A DNA stretch of 64,000 nt. Origin: a virus (lineage: Duplodnaviria > Caudoviricetes). The stretch lies in IMG/VR virus record IMGVR_UViG_3300011977_000415, positions 1 to 64,000 of that record; one strand, written 5' to 3'. Every line of letters starts with the position of its first letter. The first letter of the stretch is position 1. This document shows positions 19,007-29,238 of this stretch, piece after piece. Both the position numbers and the translations under genes were made by a program. Under the pieces are notes generated by a model that searched no databases, had not been told where the DNA came from, and was given only the letters and a program-made list of their open reading frames with translations.

Positions 19007-20269
19007 ATGATAGTAAACAGATATAGATACATAGAACAGTTGAGCCGTTCAAAGAACAACGGGCTCATAAAGATAATCACAGGATTGCGACGTTCAGGCA
19101 AGTCGTTCCTTCTGAAGAAACTCTTTCATCAGCATCTATTGGATGAGGGCGTGAGAGAAGACCATATTCTCGTCATCGACATGGAGAGTAGGAAGAACAG
19201 AGAGTTCAAGAACCCGGACTACCTGTTGGACTGGGTGGAAAAGATGATGATTGACTATGAGACTTATTATATCATCATCGACGAGGTGCAGGAGGTGGAA
19301 GACTTTGTAGAGGTGCTCTCTTCCTTGTCAGTTACCGAAGGGGCGGATGTGTATGTCACAGGCTCCAACTCGCGTTTCCTGTCCTCTGACCTGGTGACGG
19401 AATTCCGAGGCAGAGGTGACGAGATACATGTGTGGCCACTATCCTTCAAGGAGTTCATGACGGTGTATGATGGTTCGAAAGAAGACGGTTGGGCTGAATA
19501 CAGACTGTACGGAGGTTTGCCGCAACTACTTACACAGGTTGGGGATGAGAAGAAGGCTGATTTCCTGCGTCGCCTTTATCGCACGGTATATCTACGTGAC
19601 ATCTACGAGCGGAACAACATAGAACTGAGACCTGAATTTGAAGAATTGTCGAAGACCGTAGCATCCAGTATAGGAGCACCTGTCAATGCACTGAATATAG
19701 CCAATACGTTCAAGTCCGTAAGCAATGTGCAGAGCATAACCGACAAGACAGTGTCGGCTTATCTGGAATATATGCAGGATGCTTTCCTTATCGAAAAATC
19801 CGAAAGGTTCGACATCAAAGGACGGAAATACATAGGTTCGTTGTCCAAGTATTATTATCAGGACGTAGGTCTGAGGAATGCTATTCTGTCGTTCCGTCAG
19901 AGCGAGCCGACACATATCATGGAGAACGTCATCTACAATGAGATGCGTATGCGAGGATGGCTCGTGGATGTGGGTAACGTCTATCATCGAGTGAGGAATA
20001 CGGAAGGAAAGCAGCAGAGGGTGACATTGGAAGTGGATTTTGTCTGCAACAAAGGGAGCGAGCGGATCTACATCCAGTCGGCGTGGCGTATGCCCGATGC
20101 AGAAAAGATGGAACAGGAGAAACGGTCGTTGCGTCTTGTAGATGACTCTTTCCGCAAACTGCTGATCGTGGGAGAACATACCAAGCAGTGGAGCGACGAA
20201 AACGGCATACAGATAATGAGTATATATGACTTCCTGCTTGACTGGTCAAGTACTGAGAAACACGGATAA
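19007..20269 (+). CDS. AAA_14 ATPase with DUF4143 domain
   Basis: GLRRSGKS Walker A, IIIDEVQ, VTGSNS, YGGLP, ENVIYNE, EVDFV. Confidence 0.9.
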   Translation: MIVNRYRYIEQLSRSKNNGLIKIITGLRRSGKSFLLKKLFHQHLLDEGVREDHILVIDMESRKNREFKNPDYLLDWVEKMMIDYETYYIIIDEVQEVEDFVEVLSSLSVTEGADVYVTGSNSRFLSSDLVTEFRGRGDEIHVWPLSFKEFMTVYDGSKEDGWAEYRLYGGLPQLLTQVGDEKKADFLRRLYRTVYLRDIYERNNIELRPEFEELSKTVASSIGAPVNALNIANTFKSVSNVQSITDKTVSAYLEYMQDAFLIEKSERFDIKGRKYIGSLSKYYYQDVGLRNAILSFRQSEPTHIMENVIYNEMRMRGWLVDVGNVYHRVRNTEGKQQRVTLEVDFVCNKGSERIYIQSAWRMPDAEKMEQEKRSLRLVDDSFRKLLIVGEHTKQWSDENGIQIMSIYDFLLDWSSTEKHG

Positions 20270-20312
20270 AAAAAAGATATGCGCATAGAATATGCGTTAA
20301 TACATATATGAT

Positions 20313-20351
20313 TAAGGGAGGGCCTATCCATCACGGACAAGCCCTCCCTTT
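20313..20351. terminator. intrinsic terminator
   Basis: aagggagggc...gccctccctt stem between convergent genes. Confidence 0.7.
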
Positions 20352-20409
20352 CTAAAATTTATCAATGAAAAAAAAGTTTTAGTGCTCTTGTTCGGAGCTG
20401 TATGTCTGG

Positions 20410-21816
20410 CTATAGATACAGCAGGATTCTGGTATGGCGGTTCGCCTCATTGGGCGAGTAATCGTCAATGCCGCCATCGAAAATCTGAGAGATGGTGCCA
20501 TTTTCCATACCACGTTTCATCAGTTCCTCTGCAATGAATCTGGCACGGGAACGGCTGAGGTTATCATTGATGGCTTCACTGCCTGTGGCACTGTCGGCAG
20601 CGCCGATGACCTTAACTTTCAAGCCATATTTCTTGGCGATGCGTGCTACTTCGTCGAGATTGACGAGCTGTGACCTGTTGAGCAACCTGTCAGTGCCAAG
20701 TTCAAAGAAGAAATAGATGGGCGCACCTATGCAAGCCTTTCCTGAGTGGATGAGCGATAGGTAATCGTCTTCCGGCTCACCTTCAGCATTGCCATATTCT
20801 TCTGTACAAGAGGCGGACTCCATGACCTTTGTCTTTTGACCATTACCATACTTGTCTCTCATTCTTGCACGCAGCGAGTTGAGACCGCTGTAGTCGTTTC
20901 GAGGATAGCCATTTGTGACGGAAGAAGCGGCATCGTCAGAAAAGAGGTGGCCGTACTTGTCCAGAAGTCCCTCGATGGCAAGAATCTTGCGCAGCTGCTC
21001 CAGAGTCTGACAATCTCGATCGTGCTGGGCGTGATAGCGGCTGTTGCTGTCAGAAAGGGATGAGGCGTATGCCGAAAGCCATTCGTTCTGTGCGATGTAC
21101 GGGCGAGCGTCTATCACTCGCTTCCAGCCAGTCTTGCCGATGCGGACAGAGAGGCCGAGGGATGCGGACAGCAGATGGTCGCCAAGGCGGTGTGCCTTGC
21201 CATAGCCGTCAAAATCCTGCATGGTGGTCATGTTGCCTATCTCTGCCGTAACAGCAATGCGTGGGGAGAGATGATACTGCCCCTGTATGCCGTAGGAAAT
21301 GGCAAAGGGCTTGTGGGCATTCACCTTGTTGTGCAGCATACCCACGCCCACGTATGGAATGACACTCCATCTGGCAAGAGTGTGTACATCGTCCTTGTAG
21401 AGGTTGCCGAGGACATTCCACATGAAATCAGCACGCAGGTACTGGTAGTCCTGCGAGGAGTTGTTGCAGTCGTTGAACTGCATACCGCCATAGTTCAGAC
21501 GACCGCCGACGGAAGGTGTGAACCATTTGCCGATCGACACGGAGAATGCCGGTTTCATGCGACCGAATAGGTCGTTGCATCCGAGCGGTTTGCCGAGGAA
21601 GACCGTAGTTCCTCCTGCCGCTTGGACAAACCAGTTGTCCGTCCATGGCGAAGCTACCAATGCCCCTTTCATGTAGGAAGGTTTAAGCGGACGAAGCATA
21701 CCGTCTGCCGAAAGTCTGCATACAACGGTGGTGGTGTCCGCCGTGCGGTGATAGTCTTTGGCTTGCGCACCCAATGAAAGGGCGAAGCCAAGGGATAGAA
21801 TAAGTATTTTTCTCAT
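20410..21816 (-). CDS. OmpA family outer membrane protein
   Basis: Signal peptide; DNWFV...GKWFTP beta-barrel; C-terminal GAADSATGS...LSRSRA...NR. Confidence 0.85.
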   Translation of the reverse strand: MRKILILSLGFALSLGAQAKDYHRTADTTTVVCRLSADGMLRPLKPSYMKGALVASPWTDNWFVQAAGGTTVFLGKPLGCNDLFGRMKPAFSVSIGKWFTPSVGGRLNYGGMQFNDCNNSSQDYQYLRADFMWNVLGNLYKDDVHTLARWSVIPYVGVGMLHNKVNAHKPFAISYGIQGQYHLSPRIAVTAEIGNMTTMQDFDGYGKAHRLGDHLLSASLGLSVRIGKTGWKRVIDARPYIAQNEWLSAYASSLSDSNSRYHAQHDRDCQTLEQLRKILAIEGLLDKYGHLFSDDAASSVTNGYPRNDYSGLNSLRARMRDKYGNGQKTKVMESASCTEEYGNAEGEPEDDYLSLIHSGKACIGAPIYFFFELGTDRLLNRSQLVNLDEVARIAKKYGLKVKVIGAADSATGSEAINDNLSRSRARFIAEELMKRGMENGTISQIFDGGIDDYSPNEANRHTRILLYL

Positions 21817-21870
21817 GTTGTTCAATTTAATCTGGTGAATACTATAACAGGTGATACGTGACAGTGCCGC

Positions 21871-23322
21871 TTATCGTTTCTTCCTTTTGCCGGAAGAGGG
21901 GCGCATCATGCGTGCAGCTTTCATCATGCAACGGCGTGCCCAAGCGCGTTCATCCTCGTCATCGTCACGTCCCCATTTGAGGTCGGACGAACTGCCGCCA
22001 CCGCCATGACCTTCGGCAAAGGTGGTGGCATCATCGACGTAGCCGAGGAATAGAAGCGTGGCACAGTACATCACCTCCGTTCCATTCTCCGCAAAGGCCT
22101 GAAGCAGGGAACCGTCAAACACGTCCTTGCCCTCATTGGAAAGCCGTGCCACACGTTCGGAGAACTCGCTGACCATGTTTTCGAGAAGGGCATTTCTGAG
22201 AACGGTGTCCGCACCTTGTCGGATAGTATCGGAATATCTGTGTGCCTCCTGCCGCAACTCCTCCGTGCGCTCCTTCATGGCGGTCATCTCCTCACGCAGG
22301 GCATCGAGCTTGCGGTCAGCCTCTGAGAGCTTCTCCTGCTTGTCGTCCAGTTTCGACTGGATAGCGGACAGTTCCTGCTCCAGCTCTTGGACTTGCTGAC
22401 GGAGAGCATCAGGATTGTCGTGACCTGCAAGAATCTGCCGATGCAATTCAGCAAGTGCCGCCTCCTTCTCAGCCTTCTCCTGCAAGAGGTTGTTGACCAT
22501 TGAGGTGAGTCCTTTTACTCTCCGCTCTGCCAGACGGATGTCCGATTGGAGCGAGGCGAGTGTCCGCTGATGGGTGGCGACGGACTGCTCAATGGTGGTG
22601 CACTGTTCTGACAGCTGGCGGCGGTATTCTTCGGTGGTGCGGTGGCGTGCTCCCGTCTCTGAGACGGAAGTTCCGCGCTCCATGCCCCAACGCTTGTTGA
22701 CATCGGCAAATTCGCTGTGCAGGGCTTTCATCCTGGCAGAAAACTCGTACTTGTCCTTTCCGGCGAATATCTGTTTGTATGCAAACTTGCCGTCCTTGAT
22801 TGGCAAGAGGGTGCAGTGAACGTGCGGATTGGTTTCGTCCAAGTGTAAGATGAAAGCGACGATGTTCTCCTCACCGTATTTGTCCGCAACAAAGCGGTAA
22901 ACATCCTTTGCCCATTCCTCAATGTCCTTGCATCGGGTTAGATGCGAATTGTCCGCTCCGTGAGTGAGATTCACCTTCTGGTCACCGAATGCCAATTCTG
23001 TCATACGTTCTCGTGAGCCTCCGAAGATGAAATTGACCACTGTGCGGAAGCGTGGCTCTGCCAGTCCCTCGTTGGGGTCTTTGATTCCACGGCTCCGCAG
23101 GATGTCTGCCATGCGCTCCGGGATGCTTCGGCTCTTGTCTATAGGACAAACCTTGCCGCCCCGAACCTCGAAGTTGAGCCGCTCACGGCTGCGGTCGTAG
23201 TTGCCTGTTGATTCAGCGGATCCCCAACCCTTTTCCGTCCAACGGCGTTGGTGCTCGTTGCTCTGTGCTGTGGTGATTCCCTTAGATGGTCGGAAATCCA
23301 TAACCTGTTTTGGTGTTGCCAT
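21871..23322 (-). CDS. mobV: MobV/Pre family relaxase
   Basis: NEHQR motif I, NYD..R..LN motif II, HLDETNPHVH motif III, coiled-coil C-terminus. Confidence 0.9.
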   Translation of the reverse strand: MATPKQVMDFRPSKGITTAQSNEHQRRWTEKGWGSAESTGNYDRSRERLNFEVRGGKVCPIDKSRSIPERMADILRSRGIKDPNEGLAEPRFRTVVNFIFGGSRERMTELAFGDQKVNLTHGADNSHLTRCKDIEEWAKDVYRFVADKYGEENIVAFILHLDETNPHVHCTLLPIKDGKFAYKQIFAGKDKYEFSARMKALHSEFADVNKRWGMERGTSVSETGARHRTTEEYRRQLSEQCTTIEQSVATHQRTLASLQSDIRLAERRVKGLTSMVNNLLQEKAEKEAALAELHRQILAGHDNPDALRQQVQELEQELSAIQSKLDDKQEKLSEADRKLDALREEMTAMKERTEELRQEAHRYSDTIRQGADTVLRNALLENMVSEFSERVARLSNEGKDVFDGSLLQAFAENGTEVMYCATLLFLGYVDDATTFAEGHGGGGSSSDLKWGRDDDEDERAWARRCMMKAARMMRPSSGKRKKR

Positions 23323-23392
23323 AACCTATTTCCTTTTATGTGTGTACAACTCTCCTGTCTCCAGCTTGCTGCTTGTAAGGACAGCCTCCCGA

Positions 23393-23459
23393 TGGTCGGA
23401 GACCAAGAGGGGTATTAGGCTACCCAAATTCCCTCATTTCCGACCAACGGGCAAGCCCG
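23393..23459. other. inverted repeats upstream of mobV, candidate oriT
   Basis: TGGTCGGA...TCCGACCA with inner GAGGG/CCCTC, plus a cgggc aa gcccg hairpin; MOB_V oriTs typically lie just upstream of the relaxase gene. Confidence 0.4.
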
Positions 23460-23530
23460 ATTATTTTACAGCAATGGCAGACGTGTAAACACTGTGCCAG
23501 TAGAAAAGAAGAAGCGTTGTACGGTGATTA

Positions 23531-24415
23531 TTAGAGGTTAATACAGCCTTTTGATGGACAGGAGCCCTCTTGGTTGGCTACAATGGCAAGGAACGGTCGG
23601 CAGAGTGACTGAAACTGTGACTTGATGGCTGCGCTTTCCTGATGCAAGGCTGGTGAGCTGCCATCCAATGCCAATTCTGATATTGCCTTTGCCGCCTCGA
23701 TGAATGAGAGCCAGTCTCCTCCCAGGTCTTTGTAAAAGAAGGGAAGAAGGGAGGTAACGAGGGCGTTATCTGTTTCCTGCGAAAGCACCTGATGGAAGGT
23801 GGCTTCGCAGACAGCTGTGAGTGCAGTCATACAAAAGGCGTGTCCTACAGATTCGGGAATGTTTCTTCCGCATGGCACCTTGCCAATTGAATTGCCATTG
23901 TCGGCTTTCTGCAAGATAATGGCTACTTCCTCTGTTGCATCTTCGTAGAGTTGTTCACATTCCGAGGCGCAAGCCGATGCGGACATCTTGCCGCTTCGCC
24001 ATTCGTCCAATGCGGTACACATCTTCTGGCGGAACACATCCAAGGCTGCGTCAATCGGAGAAACGGCAGGTGTCTCAGCCAACATCGGGATGGTGATGAT
24101 TTGGCTCTTCGTGAGACGGGTGACGGAAATCTGGTTCATCTTCTCCAACTGCTCGATGAAGGTGCGGACAGTGGCGCGGTGCCAATGCCAGCATCCTGCC
24201 AGTTCGGTAATGGTGATTACAAACTGCCCGTTGGACAGGCTGAACTCCTGCTTGCACAGATCCTTGGGGATGTACTGTACAGAAGCCTTGTCTACAAGGT
24301 CAAGGTAGGCTTCGAGCTTCGACAGCCTTATCCCGGACCTCTCTTTCAAGAACTCCAACAGGGACATCCGTTCAGACATCTTGCCGGAACTCGTTCTATG
24401 TTTCTGTTTCTTCAT
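23531..24415 (-). CDS. hypothetical winged-helix protein
   Basis: GQFVITITELAGCWHWHRATVRTFIEQLEK wHTH-like motif. Confidence 0.65.
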   Translation of the reverse strand: MKKQKHRTSSGKMSERMSLLEFLKERSGIRLSKLEAYLDLVDKASVQYIPKDLCKQEFSLSNGQFVITITELAGCWHWHRATVRTFIEQLEKMNQISVTRLTKSQIITIPMLAETPAVSPIDAALDVFRQKMCTALDEWRSGKMSASACASECEQLYEDATEEVAIILQKADNGNSIGKVPCGRNIPESVGHAFCMTALTAVCEATFHQVLSQETDNALVTSLLPFFYKDLGGDWLSFIEAAKAISELALDGSSPALHQESAAIKSQFQSLCRPFLAIVANQEGSCPSKGCINL

Positions 24416-24494
24416 TTCAATAATCTGTTTGGTGAATACTGTTGTTTGTCGCCAGCTCCATTATACAAAAGGAACGGCATGATACAGGTGATAC

Positions 24495-24989
24495 TTAATA
24501 GTAGTATATGATGAGCATTTCTGTGTCTTCGAGGAGCATCTTGCGGTCAGCCTTGTTCTTCCACAGCGATATGACTATGCGCGAGGGATAGAACAGTGAT
24601 GCCAGAAGGACAAAGGAGATGGTGACAGCAAGCGTGAACAGATGAGGAGTGAAGACAAACACCACTGCCGCCAACGCGGCGATGCAGAAGGGTGTCCGCT
24701 CCTCGTGCAGACGCTGTAGCCACCTCTCCACATCCATAAAGACAAAGAATATGGCAAACGCTATGGTGGAAGCCACTACGCCTATGTCGTTATAGTGTAC
24801 ACAGAGGTAGAGGAAGTGGAACACGTACAGCAGGATGAGCAGCATCAACCGGTAGAGCTTCCTTGCTGTCACAAGCGCGGTCATGCGCAGATAGAACCGT
24901 GTCATAAACTGTCTGCGGCTTCTGTGCAGAATCATCGTCACAAAGAAGAACGCTGACATCAGGATGAGAAACAGTATCTTACTTGTCAT
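24495..24989 (-). CDS. hypothetical membrane protein
   Basis: Several TM helices. Confidence 0.7.
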   Translation of the reverse strand: MTSKILFLILMSAFFFVTMILHRSRRQFMTRFYLRMTALVTARKLYRLMLLILLYVFHFLYLCVHYNDIGVVASTIAFAIFFVFMDVERWLQRLHEERTPFCIAALAAVVFVFTPHLFTLAVTISFVLLASLFYPSRIVISLWKNKADRKMLLEDTEMLIIYYY

Positions 24990-25392
24990 AATATGTATAG
25001 CATGTGAATAATGGAAGTGGACTCAGGTCGGGCTGGACGACACCGTGTGTGGCAGTGGATATGATACGCTCCACATCCTCCAGTGTCAGTTCTCCCTTGA
25101 TTATTCTCTGACGGAAAGCTCCGTCGGTTGTCCGAAGGCTCTTGATAGCCTGTTCCAAGTCGTACTCGGCTATCTGCCACACTTGCCCTCTCGTGTAGGG
25201 GAAATGATGGTGGATGGCCTTGACCACAAGCACACGGCTGAGGATGTCGGTCATTCTGCCGTTCCTGACTATCGTGTGGTTGCGGACAGTGGCGATGCTC
25301 TCAATCTCCAGCCATGTGCGGTGACGGTCGAGAAGATGGATAATCTTCATGTAAAGCGTTTCCTTCATCAGATGGTCGGGAGCTTGTGGCAT
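24979..25392 (-). CDS. hypothetical protein (start uncertain)
   Basis: ORF in minus-strand operon. Confidence 0.55.
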   Translation of the reverse strand: MPQAPDHLMKETLYMKIIHLLDRHRTWLEIESIATVRNHTIVRNGRMTDILSRVLVVKAIHHHFPYTRGQVWQIAEYDLEQAIKSLRTTDGAFRQRIIKGELTLEDVERIISTATHGVVQPDLSPLPLFTCYTYYDK

Positions 25393-25470
25393 GACTTTGG
25401 CCTTTGTTGTGGACAACAGAATGGAGCGTTGTTGCGGTAGAACAGGACTGTCATCTGGCAAATGTAACTT

Positions 25471-25917
25471 TCAAATGAAGTCGAGCAGGACTTCCTCCTT
25501 GGGCTTCATGTATTTGAAGAACCCGTTCTTGCAATGCAGACTGAGGTCGAGGCATACATCTGCCGACATGTGCTCCAGCGAGTCATAGATGGTCACTTTT
25601 ATCTGGCTGACCATGCCACGCTCATCTGTGGAGCCGTTGACCTTGAACATCCGTCCGAAAGAAGGGTTGGAATAGGCACAGCAGCTGTGTCCGAACTCCG
25701 TATGACGGCTTGGAATGTGGTGATAGAGGATTATCATTTCCATCTCGTCTTCGAGCATATCCATCACCTCCTCTATCGTGAAAGGGGTGTTCAACTGGAA
25801 AGTAAGAAGCACGTAATCGTCATACTTGACAGGCTTCTCCATCTTGCGCTTGTCCAGCAGTTCTGGCAACTGCAAAGGCACGACGGCAAGGAAATCATCG
25901 CAAAACTGTTCTAACAT
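25471..25917 (-). CDS. hypothetical protein
   Basis: ORF in minus-strand operon. Confidence 0.65.
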   Translation of the reverse strand: MLEQFCDDFLAVVPLQLPELLDKRKMEKPVKYDDYVLLTFQLNTPFTIEEVMDMLEDEMEMIILYHHIPSRHTEFGHSCCAYSNPSFGRMFKVNGSTDERGMVSQIKVTIYDSLEHMSADVCLDLSLHCKNGFFKYMKPKEEVLLDFI

Positions 25918-25941
25918 AATCGTATTCTCTGTTTGGGGTGT

Positions 25942-27063
25942 TTATAATCTTGTGACATAAATCTTCATCATGAGCATGGGCATATCCGACAGGCGTTGCT
26001 TGTCGAGGTGCAGTTTCTTGGCCAGACCGTCCATCTCCTTGGGGAGCGCATCGGCTATTTTGTAGAGGTCTGCCTTGTCCTTGTCGGAGAGCACGCTCAC
26101 GGAAAGGTCATCCATCGTCATGAACGGCTGCATCATCATCAGGAGGTAGGCGTGCATGGTGTGCTCGTCCTTTACCCTGCCACTATTCAGATCCTCGATA
26201 GCCGCTTGTGCGTTGCGCAGCAGACGGTGGTTGGTGCGCATGGAGAGGTATATCATTGCATCCTTGTGGGACAAATCCTTGCGGTCGGCGGCACGGAGTA
26301 TCTCCCGACAGCAGTGTTCGGTGTTTCGTCTGATGTCACCGATGTCATCGTCAGCAAAATCCGGCAGGTATTGCAGGAAGGATTTGAAATACAAATGCTC
26401 TTCCTTGATGAAAGCGAGCAGGTCTTCCTTGCCGTGAATGCCTTGCTTGGCGGATTTTTGCAGGAACAGCAGGTAACGCTTCAGTACCGCCTGTTTACCA
26501 CCTTTATTATATATAGGCAGGCTATCCAAGGAAGCGAAGAATGGCTGTGCTTCCTTCACGGCTTGCTGTAGTTCCTCATCACCAACATGGGAAGAGGTCT
26601 GTTCTCTGAGATAGAGCAGGTCGTGAAAGGTGCGTTGCTTAGACATCGCCATACGGCACAGCTCGATGTGGATGGAGTCGTTCAACTCATGATATACCGT
26701 GAACGGGTATGAGTGGGCTTTCCTGACAGTGTCACGTGAGATGCACGATGTCACGGAATCGTCCAACACGCGCCATTCGTTGACAATCTTAACTAATGTC
26801 TGAATTGAGACCTTGCCGTTCTGTCGAAGAGTGGTCAGAAAGCCATGATACTCTCTGATGGCTTCATCGCTCGAATGGAACGACTTCGTGCCGTTTCCGT
26901 CTGAACATGCTGTCAGCATGACTACGGCAAACGCAGTGGCAATACAAATGGCAAGTCTGATACAGCCATGCGAGTTTGATTTTGCATTATGCAATATTTG
27001 CTTCATGCAATGGAGGTTGGTTTGTCCTCCGAAAAGTTGGGTTTCATATTTCATTGTTGTCAT
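25942..27063 (-). CDS. helical lipoprotein (start may be ~27006)
   Basis: Hydrophobic stretch and lipobox VVMLTAC. Confidence 0.7.
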   Translation of the reverse strand: MTTMKYETQLFGGQTNLHCMKQILHNAKSNSHGCIRLAICIATAFAVVMLTACSDGNGTKSFHSSDEAIREYHGFLTTLRQNGKVSIQTLVKIVNEWRVLDDSVTSCISRDTVRKAHSYPFTVYHELNDSIHIELCRMAMSKQRTFHDLLYLREQTSSHVGDEELQQAVKEAQPFFASLDSLPIYNKGGKQAVLKRYLLFLQKSAKQGIHGKEDLLAFIKEEHLYFKSFLQYLPDFADDDIGDIRRNTEHCCREILRAADRKDLSHKDAMIYLSMRTNHRLLRNAQAAIEDLNSGRVKDEHTMHAYLLMMMQPFMTMDDLSVSVLSDKDKADLYKIADALPKEMDGLAKKLHLDKQRLSDMPMLMMKIYVTRL

Positions 27064-27157
27064 TATTTTGAGTCTGATTTTGAAATTGACGGTGCAAAGT
27101 TAATGCGTTTCAGCGATATATTTGCAAGAATGACAGTAAGTTTAATCTTATTTGTGT

Positions 27158-27250
27158 ATCATACTTGCGAGTATGATTTTCAATGAAATCAAGTGAAAAG
27201 AAAATGGCAAATTATCGTGTTTAAGTATGATTTTTCGTTCAAGTATGATT
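27158..27250. promoter_or_regulatory. four AGTATGAT boxes (one palindromic pair, two direct) between divergent promoters
   Basis: ATCATACT-tgcg-AGTATGAT, then AAGTATGATT twice; TACCTTTG at 27270 and a minus-strand TAACTTTG near 27096-27103. Confidence 0.55.
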
Positions 27251-27308
27251 GTTTCTCGGAAAAATAGTGTACCTTTGCACTTGATTTCATTTAATAGCGT
27301 ACAACAGT

Positions 27309-27932
27309 ATGGCAAAAGTAGGTTACATCTTTATCGCCACCAATGGCGAAGAGTATGCAGAAGACAAGGCTTGGATGCAGCAATACGGCTGTGTTCAGGT
27401 GATAGAGGAACTGTCCGAACACGAGAGGCTGCGCCCGATGTGGAAGCAGCTCATATCGAGTCTGGAGCGCGGCGACGAGCTGGTGGTGTCGAGGTTCAGT
27501 AACGCACTGCGTGGCACCCGTGAACTGGCTACATTCATAGAATACTGCCGTGTGAAGGTGGTTCGCATCATCTCCATCCAAGACCGCATCGATACGTTTG
27601 ACGAACTTTTCCCCGACACCAAGCCCTCACAGGTCATCCGTATGTTCGGGTCACTCTCTGAGGAGTGTGCCGTGCTGCGCAAGGCATCGGCACACATCAT
27701 CCATCTGCAACAGAATATCCGGCCGCCCAAGAAGTCGGAAAGGGCACTGTCGAAACTGGAGCGTGAGAAGAATATCGTGAACATGTACAACGAGGGGCAC
27801 AGCATAGATGACATCTTTGCCATCAGCGGCTTCACAAGCCGAAGTTCCGTGTTCCGCATACTCAACAAGCATGGTGTGACGCTGAACCGTGGACCTCATA
27901 GTGGACCGCTGAAGAAAAGGAATAAAGAATAA
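27309..27932 (+). CDS. serine recombinase (resolvase)-like protein with divergent catalytic motifs and C-terminal HTH
   Basis: VGY..., RP.WKQL...L.RGD.LVV, IDT; GYIFIAT replaces the usual YxRxS. Confidence 0.75.
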   Translation: MAKVGYIFIATNGEEYAEDKAWMQQYGCVQVIEELSEHERLRPMWKQLISSLERGDELVVSRFSNALRGTRELATFIEYCRVKVVRIISIQDRIDTFDELFPDTKPSQVIRMFGSLSEECAVLRKASAHIIHLQQNIRPPKKSERALSKLEREKNIVNMYNEGHSIDDIFAISGFTSRSSVFRILNKHGVTLNRGPHSGPLKKRNKE

Positions 27933-27948
27933 ACAAAAAACAGATACA

Positions 27949-28632
27949 ATGAATAAGACATTCAACATCTACTGTGATGAAAGCACCCACATGGTGCATG
28001 ACGGTCATCCCTACATGCTTTTGGGATGTACAAGTATAGCATACACACAAATCCGCATGGCAAAAGATGCCATAAAAGATATTAAGAAGAAGCACGGCTA
28101 TAGTGATGAGCTGAAATGGACAAATGTCCACGAGGCCACGTATAAAGTCTATGCAGAGCTTATAGACTGGTTCTTTATGAATGACATGGAATTTAGGGCT
28201 GTGGTTGTTGACAAGAGTCAGATTGACGAGAAACGAGAAGACTATACGTTTAATGATTTCTACTTTCGCATGTACTACCAATTGCTGCATCACAAGATGG
28301 ACATGGATTATACATATAACATATATATGGATATCAAGGACACATGCAGTAGCGATAAGCTGGAGAGGCTCAGAAAAATAATGGAATACAACTCTTCCAT
28401 TGGCAGGTTTCAGTTTATACGTTCACACGAAAGTGTCTTCATCCAATTGGCAGATGTTCTAATGGGAGCCATCAACTACAACCTTAGATATGAAAAGGGA
28501 GAAGTTGAAGGAAGGGTGAGAGCCAAAATGAAGCTGATTGAAAAGATAAAAAAACACAGTAATATCAGTCTCAACACCACAACTCCCAAATTTAGAAAGA
28601 AGTTTAATTTGTTTTTTATCGCACTGAAATAG
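27949..28632 (+). CDS. DUF3800 family protein
   Basis: N-terminal IYCDES, ELKW, and C-terminal IQLADVLMGA (QxxD) signature. Confidence 0.85.
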   Translation: MNKTFNIYCDESTHMVHDGHPYMLLGCTSIAYTQIRMAKDAIKDIKKKHGYSDELKWTNVHEATYKVYAELIDWFFMNDMEFRAVVVDKSQIDEKREDYTFNDFYFRMYYQLLHHKMDMDYTYNIYMDIKDTCSSDKLERLRKIMEYNSSIGRFQFIRSHESVFIQLADVLMGAINYNLRYEKGEVEGRVRAKMKLIEKIKKHSNISLNTTTPKFRKKFNLFFIALK

Positions 28633-28635
28633 CCA

Positions 28636-29172
28636 ATGAGCAGTTTGAATATTATCAAGAAATACCCTGAGCTGCTGGAACTGGCATATCTCAGTGAACG
28701 AGAAAGAGAGCATGATCTTCATGCAATATTCAAGCGTGATATAGAAGATAACTGTCAATTCTCATTCAGAGGGTGGCGCATCTATCCTATAAAGACAGAT
28801 GGCGAGATTGACATGGCAAGATTGTTCAAGCATCTTACCTGTGAAGAAATCATGGTTGAGAACGAAGACGGTACGACTTATCCAAAGCGAGTATTCGAGA
28901 TGGCTCGTTCACAAAGGCTTCATTGGATAAATCACCATGTGAGAGAATTGACACCAGACAATCTGGATGTATTTACCATAGAAGAGAGGGACGGCAAAAA
29001 GCGTAAGGTCAAGAAAACATACATCTATGATAAAGTGGAAAAGTATGTTATTGTCTTGGAACAACAACGTAGCAACGGATTCTATCTGTTGACAGCATAC
29101 CATCTTAACAAAGAGTATGGACTAAAGGCTTTGGAAAAGAAGATGAAAAAGAGATTGCAGACACCACTATAA
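28636..29172 (+). CDS. conserved hypothetical protein, RelE/BECR-like nuclease candidate
   Basis: FKHLT...R..RLHWI...YVIVLE...YLLTAY pattern; translationally coupled to DUF3800. Confidence 0.55.
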   Translation: MSSLNIIKKYPELLELAYLSEREREHDLHAIFKRDIEDNCQFSFRGWRIYPIKTDGEIDMARLFKHLTCEEIMVENEDGTTYPKRVFEMARSQRLHWINHHVRELTPDNLDVFTIEERDGKKRKVKKTYIYDKVEKYVIVLEQQRSNGFYLLTAYHLNKEYGLKALEKKMKKRLQTPL

Positions 29173-29238
29173 AACGCAAGACCCGAATTGCATCAAAGGC
29201 AACCGGGTCTCGAAACTCCTTCTATCTATAGATGAGCG
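29171..29238 (-). ncRNA. candidate ~70-nt structured sRNA convergent with the DUF3800 operon
   Basis: Minus-strand TACCTTTG box at 29242-29249; two hairpins (GCUC-AUCUA/UAGA-GAGU; CGAGACCCGG/UCGGGUCUUG) followed by UUUU. Confidence 0.5.
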
